A stretch of DNA of 64,000 nucleotides from an uncultured Gemmatimonadales bacterium (GTDB lineage Bacteria; Gemmatimonadota; Gemmatimonadetes; Gemmatimonadales; GWC2-71-9). The notes under the pieces are model-generated. The model saw only the letters and a list, made by a program, of their open reading frames with translations, made no database searches and was not told the DNA's origin. Each line of letters opens with the position of its first letter. Position 1 is the first letter of the stretch. The translations under genes and the position numbers were made by a program. The stretch is from contig CBFGTM010000012.1 of assembly GCA_965652025.1 (NCBI GenBank), positions 8,992 to 72,991 on the forward strand, written 5' to 3'. This document shows positions 53,614 to 60,985 of the stretch, piece after piece.

Positions 53614-55644
53614 CTACTGCGACTGGGCCGGTGGGAAGAGCATCTGGGTCCATGCCTCCACCGGGGCACCATCCTTGACCGCCGGGTGCCAGGTAACGGT
53701 CCAGACGAAGTTGCGCACCGCACGCTCGAACGCCGGATCGTTGGAGGGGCGGAGCCGCATGATATCTACGGTACGGCCTTCGGATGAAACCTTGACCCAC
53801 AGCAGGCTGGGCCGAGGCGCGGGCGCCGCATCCGGCGGTACCGTCACGAAGGGAGGGCTTACCGGCTTGGGCCGCTCCTCGAAGCAGGAGCCATCGGCAT
53901 TGTAGCCCGGGCCCGGGACGCAGCCTGGTGCCGCGCGACGCTGTTCATCCCGTTTGACCGGCACTGGAGCACCGATAGGCACCAGTTGAGGCGTCAGCTC
54001 CTGGACCTGGCCGGGGCGGACCACGATGGTATCCGAGTAAAAATTGAACCGCGGTGCTGATATGGCCAGCGCGTGGGGCCCGGGAGGCAGTCGGGTAAGG
54101 GCTTGGGTAATGGGCTGCTCGTCAATGAGCACGGTGGATCCCCGGGGCAGTCCGAGCAGGCGTATGCCGCCGCTGTCCACTGGTCCGACCACATCGGCCC
54201 CTGGCCCCGCACTGGCGGCCGAATCGCTCGGGGGACTCTTCTGTGCCGTATCCGCCGACGGAGCCGGATTCGGAGCCGGGCGCGCCGGATCAGGAGCAGG
54301 TATCGGCGCCTGACTGGCTGTGGTATCGCTCAGGGTGACGGTGTCGCCAGCCAGCGTTGGGACAGTGGCACTGGAGTCGCTCGCCACCCTGCCGGGCGCG
54401 AACCCGTGGGCCCGGTAGTAATAGAAGGCACCTCCCAAAACCCCGAGCACAGCCAGCAGCAGCCACAACCAGGCCCACGAACTGCTGTGCGGTCGCATTG
54501 CGACCGACCGGTCGGCCACCCGCCGGGGAAGCTCACGCCGCTCCCGCGGGGTGAGCCGGCGATTGACCAGGGGCGAGTCCAGTGGGGTTGTGGGTTGGCT
54601 CACGATGGGAGGAAGCCCCGCCCCGCCTGCAACCGAGGCCCCTGCGCCCGCCACTGCCGCTGCGGGCGACAGTATGGCGGCGCTGATCCGCACCGCCCCG
54701 GGAGCCGCGATGGGATGCCCCTGGAAGGATGCGATCAGCTCCTCGCAGGTCTGGAACCGGTCAAACGGATCCTTCATCAACATGCGCTTGATCACCTCGA
54801 ACACGCGGCGCTCGTCGGCGGTGACCAAGCTGGGGGTGGGAATCGGCTCGGAGATGTGCTTGTAGCCGATCGAGAAGCTGTCCTCCCCATCATACGGCAC
54901 GCTGCCGGTGAGGCACTGATAGGCCACGATGCCCAGGCTATAGATGTCGCTGCGGCCGTCGGTCGGCTGGGCCCGCGCCTGCTCCGGGCTCATATAGTGG
55001 GGCGTGCCGATGGACATCCCGGTGCCGGTCAGCTTCTGCCCTGAAGCCGCCTTGGCGATTCCGAAATCGGTCAGCATGCTTTGGCCGAATTCGTCGAACA
55101 TGATGTTGTCGGGCTTGATGTCCCGGTGCACGATGCCACGTTGCGCCGCGTACCCGAGGGCACTCCCCGCCTCGAGCAGGAGCCGACGGATCTCGGGCGG
55201 AGTCAGCTTTTTCCGGGCGCCGAGCACCATGGAAAGGGAGCCGCCCCGAAGAAACTTCATGACGAAGTAGATCACCCGTCCCGAGCGGCCTACCCGATAG
55301 ATCGGAATGATGTTGGGGTGCTCGAGTTGGGCGGCGGTGCGGGCTTCACGCTGAAAGCGCTCTACGAATTCCGTGTCGAACGCCAGAGAAAAGGGCAGAA
55401 CCTTGACCGCAACTTCCCGCTCCAATTGGCGGTCCTTGGCCCGGTAAACCATCGCCATCCCGCCACGGCCCAGCTCCTCGATGATCTCGTACTCAGCCGC
55501 GAGCGAATCCCGCACGAGATCCAGCTCCTGCAGCACCCCAGTCGCGATCGCATGAACCGGGGTGGTGGCCATGAGGTCGAGACCGCAGGAGGGACAGAAT
55601 TTTGATTTGCCGGTGATTTCGCTTCCACAGCGGGAGCAGAACAT
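53614..55644 (-). CDS. Ser/Thr protein kinase: N-terminal zinc ribbon, Hanks kinase, TM helix, Pro-rich linker, PEGA-like and TonB-C-like extracytoplasmic domains
   Basis: 676 aa. MFCSRCGSEITGKSKFCPSCG; GRGGMAMVYRAKD ... VAVKVL ... HRDIKPDNIM ... DFGIAK ... GTPHYMSPE; TM WAWLWLLLAVLGVLGGAFYYY. PEGA-like LPRGSTVLIDEQPI...PPGPHALAISAPRF...VVRPGQ. C-terminal LLWVKVSSEGRTVDIMRLRPSNDPAFERAVRNFVWTVTWHPAVKDGAPV is TonB_C-like. Confidence 0.88.
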   Translation of the reverse strand: MFCSRCGSEITGKSKFCPSCGLDLMATTPVHAIATGVLQELDLVRDSLAAEYEIIEELGRGGMAMVYRAKDRQLEREVAVKVLPFSLAFDTEFVERFQREARTAAQLEHPNIIPIYRVGRSGRVIYFVMKFLRGGSLSMVLGARKKLTPPEIRRLLLEAGSALGYAAQRGIVHRDIKPDNIMFDEFGQSMLTDFGIAKAASGQKLTGTGMSIGTPHYMSPEQARAQPTDGRSDIYSLGIVAYQCLTGSVPYDGEDSFSIGYKHISEPIPTPSLVTADERRVFEVIKRMLMKDPFDRFQTCEELIASFQGHPIAAPGAVRISAAILSPAAAVAGAGASVAGGAGLPPIVSQPTTPLDSPLVNRRLTPRERRELPRRVADRSVAMRPHSSSWAWLWLLLAVLGVLGGAFYYYRAHGFAPGRVASDSSATVPTLAGDTVTLSDTTASQAPIPAPDPARPAPNPAPSADTAQKSPPSDSAASAGPGADVVGPVDSGGIRLLGLPRGSTVLIDEQPITQALTRLPPGPHALAISAPRFNFYSDTIVVRPGQVQELTPQLVPIGAPVPVKRDEQRRAAPGCVPGPGYNADGSCFEERPKPVSPPFVTVPPDAAPAPRPSLLWVKVSSEGRTVDIMRLRPSNDPAFERAVRNFVWTVTWHPAVKDGAPVEAWTQMLFPPAQSQ

Positions 55645-55712
55645 GCGCGCAAGCTACCCGCCTGATCGGCTGAGTCAAGCGGAACTCGTGGCGTATCGCG
55701 AGAGGGGTTGCG

Positions 55713-55828
55713 ATAAGCGGGTACGCGGGTATGCGGGCATGCGGGTAAGGAGAAGAGGTAGTCTGCGGGCGGCTCTACAGGACAGAGGGAAAACCGCCCG
55801 GCTTACCCGCTTACCGGCTTACCCGCCT
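55713..55828. repeat. Octamer-array palindromic element A. It has 4 tandem 8-mers of the GGGTAAGC family, a unique centre, then 3 tandem 8-mers of the complement GCTTACCC.
   Basis: Read directly: AAGCGGGT ACGCGGGT ATGCGGGC ATGCGGGT (55715-55746) ... GCTTACCC GCTTACCG GCTTACCC (55801-55824). It lies in the divergent promoter region between the kinase gene and ORF 55890. Confidence 0.85.
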
Positions 55829-55889
55829 CGACTGGCACGTCACGTGCAGCGAAGACCGCAGCCACCCGCTACAGCACCCTGGAGACCCC

Positions 55890-56342
55890 GTGGTACCGTA
55901 TCATACGATTGCCTTCAGCCAGCAAAAGCTTCGGGCCGCGCTCCGTCGGGCCGCGGGCCAGGAACCGGCCTTCAATTATGGGTTCGTGGTCCACTCCCGC
56001 CGCCAGAACGAGCGTCCCACTCTGGGACTCATCACCCTCCACGGTGAGAGCCTCGCGTTCAACGAACGGCTGCTGAAGTCGCTCGAAGGCCTGCCACTGT
56101 GGCTCTTCGGACATGCGCGGATCACCCTCCTGCCCGGCGTGACCATCACGCCCGCCGAGGGAGGCCGGACCAAGCAGGCGGATCGCCCCCTCGCGTCCAT
56201 GCTGATGAACATTGCCACCTTCGATACCAGCACGGGCGTCACCCAGCACCTGGTTCAAGTCGAGGCGGTGGTCAAGGCGGAGAGCCTGGTTCAGCCGCTG
56301 CTCATCCTGACGCCAGCTCGACCTGCGGCGTGGCCGATGTAG
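55890..56342 (+). CDS. Hypothetical protein (150 aa), orphan, bracketed by octamer-array elements
   Basis: GTG start with GGAGA 4 nt upstream. Third-codon-position G/C is high throughout in this frame, unlike the antisense ORFs. I recognise no domain. Confidence 0.6.
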   Translation: MVPYHTIAFSQQKLRAALRRAAGQEPAFNYGFVVHSRRQNERPTLGLITLHGESLAFNERLLKSLEGLPLWLFGHARITLLPGVTITPAEGGRTKQADRPLASMLMNIATFDTSTGVTQHLVQVEAVVKAESLVQPLLILTPARPAAWPM

Positions 56343-56504
56343 GCGGGTAGGCAGGTAAGCGGGTCAGTGGGTAAGGCGGCTGAAAAACGAAGACCCTCCG
56401 AGTACTTGGAGGGTCTTGTTATTACTTCCCACCGGCCTACCTGCTTAGCCGGTTACCGTCTTACCCGCTTACCCGCCAACCCACTTACCCACTTACCGCC
56501 TATC
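56339..56504. repeat. Octamer-array palindromic element B. It has 5 tandem 8-mers (GTAAGCGG register), a central terminator hairpin, then about 10 tandem 8-mers of the complement (CCGCTTAC register).
   Basis: Read directly: GTAGGCGG GTAGGCAG GTAAGCGG GTCAGTGG GTAAGGCG (56339-56378) ... CTTCCCAC CGGCCTAC CTGCTTAG CCGGTTAC CGTCTTAC CCGCTTAC CCGCCAAC CCACTTAC CCACTTAC CGCCTATC (56425-56504). It overlaps the stop codons of both convergent genes. Confidence 0.85.
56383..56424. terminator. Bidirectional rho-independent terminator between ORF 55890-56342 and the GWxTD gene
   Basis: Perfect 10-bp stem AAGACCCTCC (56390-56399) / GGAGGGTCTT (56408-56417) with an 8-nt loop. It is flanked by AAAAA upstream and TTATTA downstream. 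Confidence 0.75.
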
Positions 56505-58746
56505 CCTCCCGCTTGGGTTCTTCCACCACCCGAAACTCCTGGGTGCGGCGATCCTTCCGGCCGTTCGCGTCGGTTACCTGCACCTCGAGGACATACTCGC
56601 CTGGCTTGAGCCGGTCGAGCTGCAGCAGCCGATGGGTCGTAACCTTCGGAGTGGTGGCCTGTTCCTGGAACTTCAGCTTGATGGCGGCGCCGCCGCCGCC
56701 GAAGATCTTGCGGAACAACCCGCCCCCGCCGCCCTTCTTCTTAACCGCAAGCTCCACAGTGTAGGGCGTGGGACGCAGTCCGTCGATCTCGTAGTACAGC
56801 TCCATCTCCTCATCCCGCCGGTAGGTGCGGAGTGGATTGAATAGGACGGTATCGTCCGGAGTGCGCCGCCAGGCCAGGTTGGCACTCCGGCTTCCCAGCA
56901 CCAAATCGCTGAGACTCAGCGCCGCTGAAGTGGCCGGTCCGACCCTGACGCTGTCACGGGGGAGAGTGACTCCCGCTTCTTCTCCTTGCTGGATGGCCAA
57001 CCGATAGCCCAGCATTCCCGACGGCACCTCGGCGGCCACCCGCCCGACCAGGTGCTCCTTCGGAGGGACCGGCTCAGGCGCCACGAAGTACCGGGTCGTG
57101 TCCACCGTCGACACCACCTGGCCACGGGAATCCGTGGCCACGAAACGGAGCCGTACGGTATACAGGTAGCCCCGGGTTACAGTCACCGGCTCGAGGCTGG
57201 CGCCGGCAATGGCGTAGGTAATCTGAACCTGTCGTTTACCCGAGTCCGCGCCCACCGCCAATACGTTGGTGTGGGCCTTCAGCTCCAGCGGGAAACGAAG
57301 CTCGTAGCTGTCGGTTGTAGTGCCCAGGGCAATGCTTTCCTGGCCGGCTCGCCGCTCCTCGCTTTGGTAGCGGCCGGCACTCATGTGTCCCACACCGTGC
57401 AGCCGCCGGTAAATCGGCGAGAGCTGTTCCCGAGACAGTATGAGCTGCTCGGCCATGGAATTCGTGACCGCACCCCGCGCCTGAAGTCCGACTGCATTAC
57501 TGAATCCCAGGACATCGAACACACTCTCGACCAGCTTGAAGTCCTGGACGTCCTCCCGCGCGATGAAATGGAAGATCAGGTCTCCATCGGCCCGGCTGTA
57601 TCGCCACGACTCGTTGGGCTCGAGACCTGGCGCGGCGTAGGTTGCGCGACTGGAAGGCTCCCCGTGTCGGATGTAGATCACTCCCCGGTCATCGAAGTCC
57701 CGACTGCCTGAGCGATAGCGCTCGACGATATCGTAATGGCGGTTGTTCGTGGTCAGCTGAAAGTTCTTGCGGGCATAGAACAGCCGGCGATAATGCTCCC
57801 GCAGGCGTTCGCCCTCCCCGCGCAGCTCCAGGCGGTCGCGCTGGGTCCAGAACCGCTTGAGGTAGGCCGCCCGGTAGGTCCCGCGCTGCTGATCGAATTC
57901 GCTCATTATGCTATCGGAAGCGATGGTCGCCAGGTCCGCCCGGTACCCCGAGACGGTGACGGAATCGTCGGATTGAGCTCCCTGATAGTACGGTCGCACA
58001 CCATCGAAGCGGCCCAGCAGAAACTGGGTGCGAGCCAGCTCCAGTAGACCCAGGCTCTGATTGGGACCGTGCCGCAGATATCCATTGAACGCCGCAACCG
58101 CCGAGTCGCCGTCGCCGACTTCGCGCTCCACCCTTCCCCGCGCCAGCAGGACCTGCGGGTCGTTGGCGGCCCCGGTCTTTCCCGCATGACGGAGTGCTTC
58201 CAGGGCAACTCCCAGCTTGATGTTCACCCGCTGCCGGAGAGCGGTATTGGCCAGATCGACCAGGCCGCGTGCGAAGGAGGGATCGACTTCGGCCGACTTG
58301 GCGAATGCAATCGCGGAGCGGGTGAGCGCGTCCCGCCCCAGCATAGTCTTCAACCCGGTTACGAACGAGACCTGGGAGTCTCCCACTCCGTATTCCGCCA
58401 GCCCCATTCCATACCAGGCGTAGGGCCAGGAGGGCTGGAGATCGATGGCCCACTGAAACTCCGATGCGGCGTCGTCATAGTGCGCATGACCACCCAACTC
58501 GCCCAGGCGCAGCGAGAGAAACCCGAGCTTCAGGTGCAGGACGCCGTTGTTGCGATCGGCCTTGGCCGACTGGATGAGGTGTTTCTCCAGAAGCAGCAGG
58601 CCATTGGAATCCGATGTAGCAGCCAGCGAGTCACGAAAGTGTTCCAGCATGGCCCGGTCGGCCGCCTCCTGCCCCTGGACCGAGACTGGAACGATCGATA
58701 GCAGGATTGGGGTGAGGACGGTGCAGACGAAGCGAAAAGACCTCAT
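56500..58746 (-). CDS. GWxTD-domain protein with N-terminal TPR-like region (exported)
   Basis: I prefer ATG at 58746 (MRSFRFVCTVLTPILLSIVPVSVQGQ signal peptide); the ORF is open to 58755. YLKRFWTQRD ... DDRGVIYIRHGEP ... ESWRY match the GWxTD domain pattern. Confidence 0.75.
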   Translation of the reverse strand: MRSFRFVCTVLTPILLSIVPVSVQGQEAADRAMLEHFRDSLAATSDSNGLLLLEKHLIQSAKADRNNGVLHLKLGFLSLRLGELGGHAHYDDAASEFQWAIDLQPSWPYAWYGMGLAEYGVGDSQVSFVTGLKTMLGRDALTRSAIAFAKSAEVDPSFARGLVDLANTALRQRVNIKLGVALEALRHAGKTGAANDPQVLLARGRVEREVGDGDSAVAAFNGYLRHGPNQSLGLLELARTQFLLGRFDGVRPYYQGAQSDDSVTVSGYRADLATIASDSIMSEFDQQRGTYRAAYLKRFWTQRDRLELRGEGERLREHYRRLFYARKNFQLTTNNRHYDIVERYRSGSRDFDDRGVIYIRHGEPSSRATYAAPGLEPNESWRYSRADGDLIFHFIAREDVQDFKLVESVFDVLGFSNAVGLQARGAVTNSMAEQLILSREQLSPIYRRLHGVGHMSAGRYQSEERRAGQESIALGTTTDSYELRFPLELKAHTNVLAVGADSGKRQVQITYAIAGASLEPVTVTRGYLYTVRLRFVATDSRGQVVSTVDTTRYFVAPEPVPPKEHLVGRVAAEVPSGMLGYRLAIQQGEEAGVTLPRDSVRVGPATSAALSLSDLVLGSRSANLAWRRTPDDTVLFNPLRTYRRDEEMELYYEIDGLRPTPYTVELAVKKKGGGGGLFRKIFGGGGAAIKLKFQEQATTPKVTTHRLLQLDRLKPGEYVLEVQVTDANGRKDRRTQEFRVVEEPKREG

Positions 58747-58758
58747 CACTACCACTCT

Positions 58759-60882
58759 TTAGGGAGCAACACCCCGCTCCAGGCCAGACCGAGCGGGCGA
58801 TGTGTTTGGTTGCGCCCTAGGAGACGCCTCCGAAGCCCCCTGGCCCACACGTCGCGACACCTGATCCCGAGCCCTGTCCGCGAGAAAGCGCCGCAGCCCG
58901 TCCCGAACACCGCGCGCGTAAGCCCGCTGGCCCTCGCGCGATCGGAGCCGCGCCTCCTGATCCGGCAGAATCACGAACATGCCTTCACAGAGCACCGCCG
59001 GCATCCAGGTCGCTCGGATCACCGCAAGATCAGCGCGGCCGATGCCCAGGTCCGGCAAGCGGAGCCGGCGTACCAGCGAACGCTGGACCTCCGCGGCCAG
59101 CGGCAGGCTGCGAGGCTGATTATAGAATACGCTGGTACCGTTATTGGTGAAGGGGTTGATGCCGTCGGGCAGCGCGTTGTTATGGATGGAGACCAGCACC
59201 TCGGCATTGGCGGCCTCGGCAGTCGCTACCCTCGACCAGAGGTCCACCGCTGTGTCGGCCACGCGGGTCATGACCACCCGGGCCCCCGCGGCCTGCAGCA
59301 GGGTCCTCAGCTGCAGTGCTACAGCCAAGTTGGCATCGGCTTCCCGAAGACCGGTGGGCCCGGTGGCGCCGAGGGGAGGATGCCCCGGGTCGAGCGCAAT
59401 AGTGCGGCCCCGCAGCGGTTCAGTGGCTGAGAGGCGGGGCGGGCGCCTGATCTCCAGCAGCAGGTCGTTGCGGCTCCAGCGAGTGCGGTAGCCCCAAACC
59501 GGCTCCGTGAGATCGGCGGCAAAGGTGAGCTCGTCCCCCCGGTTCTGGCTCCAGCTCAGCCGCTTCACCAACGAGTCTCCCCCATACCGGATCCAGTCCA
59601 CATCTCCTGCCGCACTATAGAATCGAAGAGTCACCGTTCGCTCGTCCTCGATGACCTGAAACGGCACTCGCTGGGTCAACGGAATTCTGATCGACACCCG
59701 ATCGCGCGAGGGCGTCATCGTGACCGAGCCGGCTATTGCGCTGGGGGCGGGTAGGCCAGGCGGGAGCGGCCGGGCGTCCGCGGTGGGAACCCACGCCTCC
59801 GCATCGGGACCAAGCCTGATCCGCAGATCATCGTTGGAGCGAGCCGTCACCAAGGCTCGGGTACCAGTCGGGAAGAACCATTGGTAAGCGCCCTCAGGAA
59901 CCGCGCGCCCAGGAGTCAGGCTATCCGTCTTCCCGGTTCCGGTCGTGTCATCGTCGAACTCGGTAACGACCGGCAAAGAGTCCATCAACGCGAGCTGCAA
60001 CGGCCAGCGTACCCGGACCGTGTCCCCACCCATGACCGATTCCACGAGTGCCCAACCCCGCTCTGGAGCGACCAGCTCGGCATAGTCGGTGGGACAAGAC
60101 GACCCGGTGACACAACGAACCGCAGCCCGGGCGAGCGCCTGAACGAACGACCGCGAGAGCCCGCGCAGGATCGGCCCCGGGTGAGGTCCGAGAGCCACTC
60201 CGCGCATGAGGCCCACATACCGCACCTCGTCCGGGGTGCGCAGCTTGGTGGTGTCGTGCTCGAAGGCGCGGATGGCAGGAAGCACTTCTTGGGGCTGGAG
60301 CTGGGGCTGCAGCCTGATCGTCACCCCGTTCGGCAGATGCATTCGAACCGTAGATCCTTCGGCGGCTCGGACCGAGAGGCCGAGGTACTCGTTTGCAGGA
60401 AGCCAGATCTGGCCGTGGGGCGAGAACGACATGGTGTCGATCCAGGCCTGTCCGACTCGAGCCTCGCCAGGAAGAAAGCGCCGGTCCCGGCGAACGGGAT
60501 AGACCAGGACGGCCGAATCGCCCTGGCGCGTGGCCTCGATCCGGAAGCGGATCACCGTGTCGGGCGGGAACGGCACCCAGGCCAGCCAGGCGCCGTTGGG
60601 CCAGACCTTCACCGGAGTTCCGTTGATCGTCAGCCGAACATCGCCGCTGCCGACCGAACCCAGGAGAAAGCTGGAGTCGGTTACCCGAACCAGGTCCTCC
60701 GGGGCGGGATACACCACTCGCACCGCCAAGGGATCCCTGCCCTGCATTCCAAGAGCCCGGGAGCGCGGTGAAGATGACAAGGAAGGCAGGGAGTCCGGCG
60801 TCGAAGGGCCGGCGGAAGAAAGCGCCGCCAGAATGACCCCCAGCGCTCCCAGCGAGAATCGCCCGGAGGACATGGCTTGCAA
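58759..60882 (-). CDS. N-acetylmuramoyl-L-alanine amidase (Amidase_3/AmiC-type C-terminal domain) with a large N-terminal beta-rich region
   Basis: 707 aa with a signal peptide. The C-terminal IALDPGHPPLGATGPTGLREADANLAVAL ... VSIHNNA ... GTSVFY ... is the Amidase_3 zinc-ligand pattern. Confidence 0.85.
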   Translation of the reverse strand: MQAMSSGRFSLGALGVILAALSSAGPSTPDSLPSLSSSPRSRALGMQGRDPLAVRVVYPAPEDLVRVTDSSFLLGSVGSGDVRLTINGTPVKVWPNGAWLAWVPFPPDTVIRFRIEATRQGDSAVLVYPVRRDRRFLPGEARVGQAWIDTMSFSPHGQIWLPANEYLGLSVRAAEGSTVRMHLPNGVTIRLQPQLQPQEVLPAIRAFEHDTTKLRTPDEVRYVGLMRGVALGPHPGPILRGLSRSFVQALARAAVRCVTGSSCPTDYAELVAPERGWALVESVMGGDTVRVRWPLQLALMDSLPVVTEFDDDTTGTGKTDSLTPGRAVPEGAYQWFFPTGTRALVTARSNDDLRIRLGPDAEAWVPTADARPLPPGLPAPSAIAGSVTMTPSRDRVSIRIPLTQRVPFQVIEDERTVTLRFYSAAGDVDWIRYGGDSLVKRLSWSQNRGDELTFAADLTEPVWGYRTRWSRNDLLLEIRRPPRLSATEPLRGRTIALDPGHPPLGATGPTGLREADANLAVALQLRTLLQAAGARVVMTRVADTAVDLWSRVATAEAANAEVLVSIHNNALPDGINPFTNNGTSVFYNQPRSLPLAAEVQRSLVRRLRLPDLGIGRADLAVIRATWMPAVLCEGMFVILPDQEARLRSREGQRAYARGVRDGLRRFLADRARDQVSRRVGQGASEASPRAQPNTSPARSGLERGVAP

Positions 60883-60917
60883 GGTAAACGATGACTAGGA
60901 GTTACGCCAAGACGACG

Positions 60918-60946
60918 TTGACGCTCCCGGTAGCGATCCCTAGATT
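60918..60946 (+). promoter_or_regulatory. Candidate sigma70-type promoter for the PP2C phosphatase gene (TTGACG-N17-TAGATT)
   Basis: The hexamers read directly at 60918-60923 and 60941-60946, 40 nt upstream of the ATG at 60986. The promoter consensus for this lineage is not known to me. Confidence 0.35.
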
Positions 60947-60985
60947 CGTCACACCTCGAACCCTGACCGCGAAGGGACTCGTCTG

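Noticed and set aside
54073-55044. 323-aa plus-strand ORF antisense to the Ser/Thr kinase
   Set aside because: Antisense to a gene with complete Hanks motifs, with a low-complexity Arg/Gly/Pro composition.
55890-56342. REP-associated tyrosine transposase (RAYT) or IS200/IS605 TnpA identity for the repeat-flanked ORF
   Set aside because: There is no HUH (His-hydrophobic-His) motif and no conserved catalytic Tyr context in the translation. The flanking repeats are tandem octamers rather than REP hairpins. It is kept only as an architectural analogy.
55713-56504. CRISPR array interpretation of the octamer repeats
   Set aside because: The period is 8 bp with no unique spacers, the units are degenerate, the arrays are in inverted orientation, and no cas genes are present. 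This is not CRISPR.
59881-60771. 296-aa plus-strand ORF antisense to the amidase gene
   Set aside because: Same reasoning: a GC-bias artefact opposite a well-supported gene.
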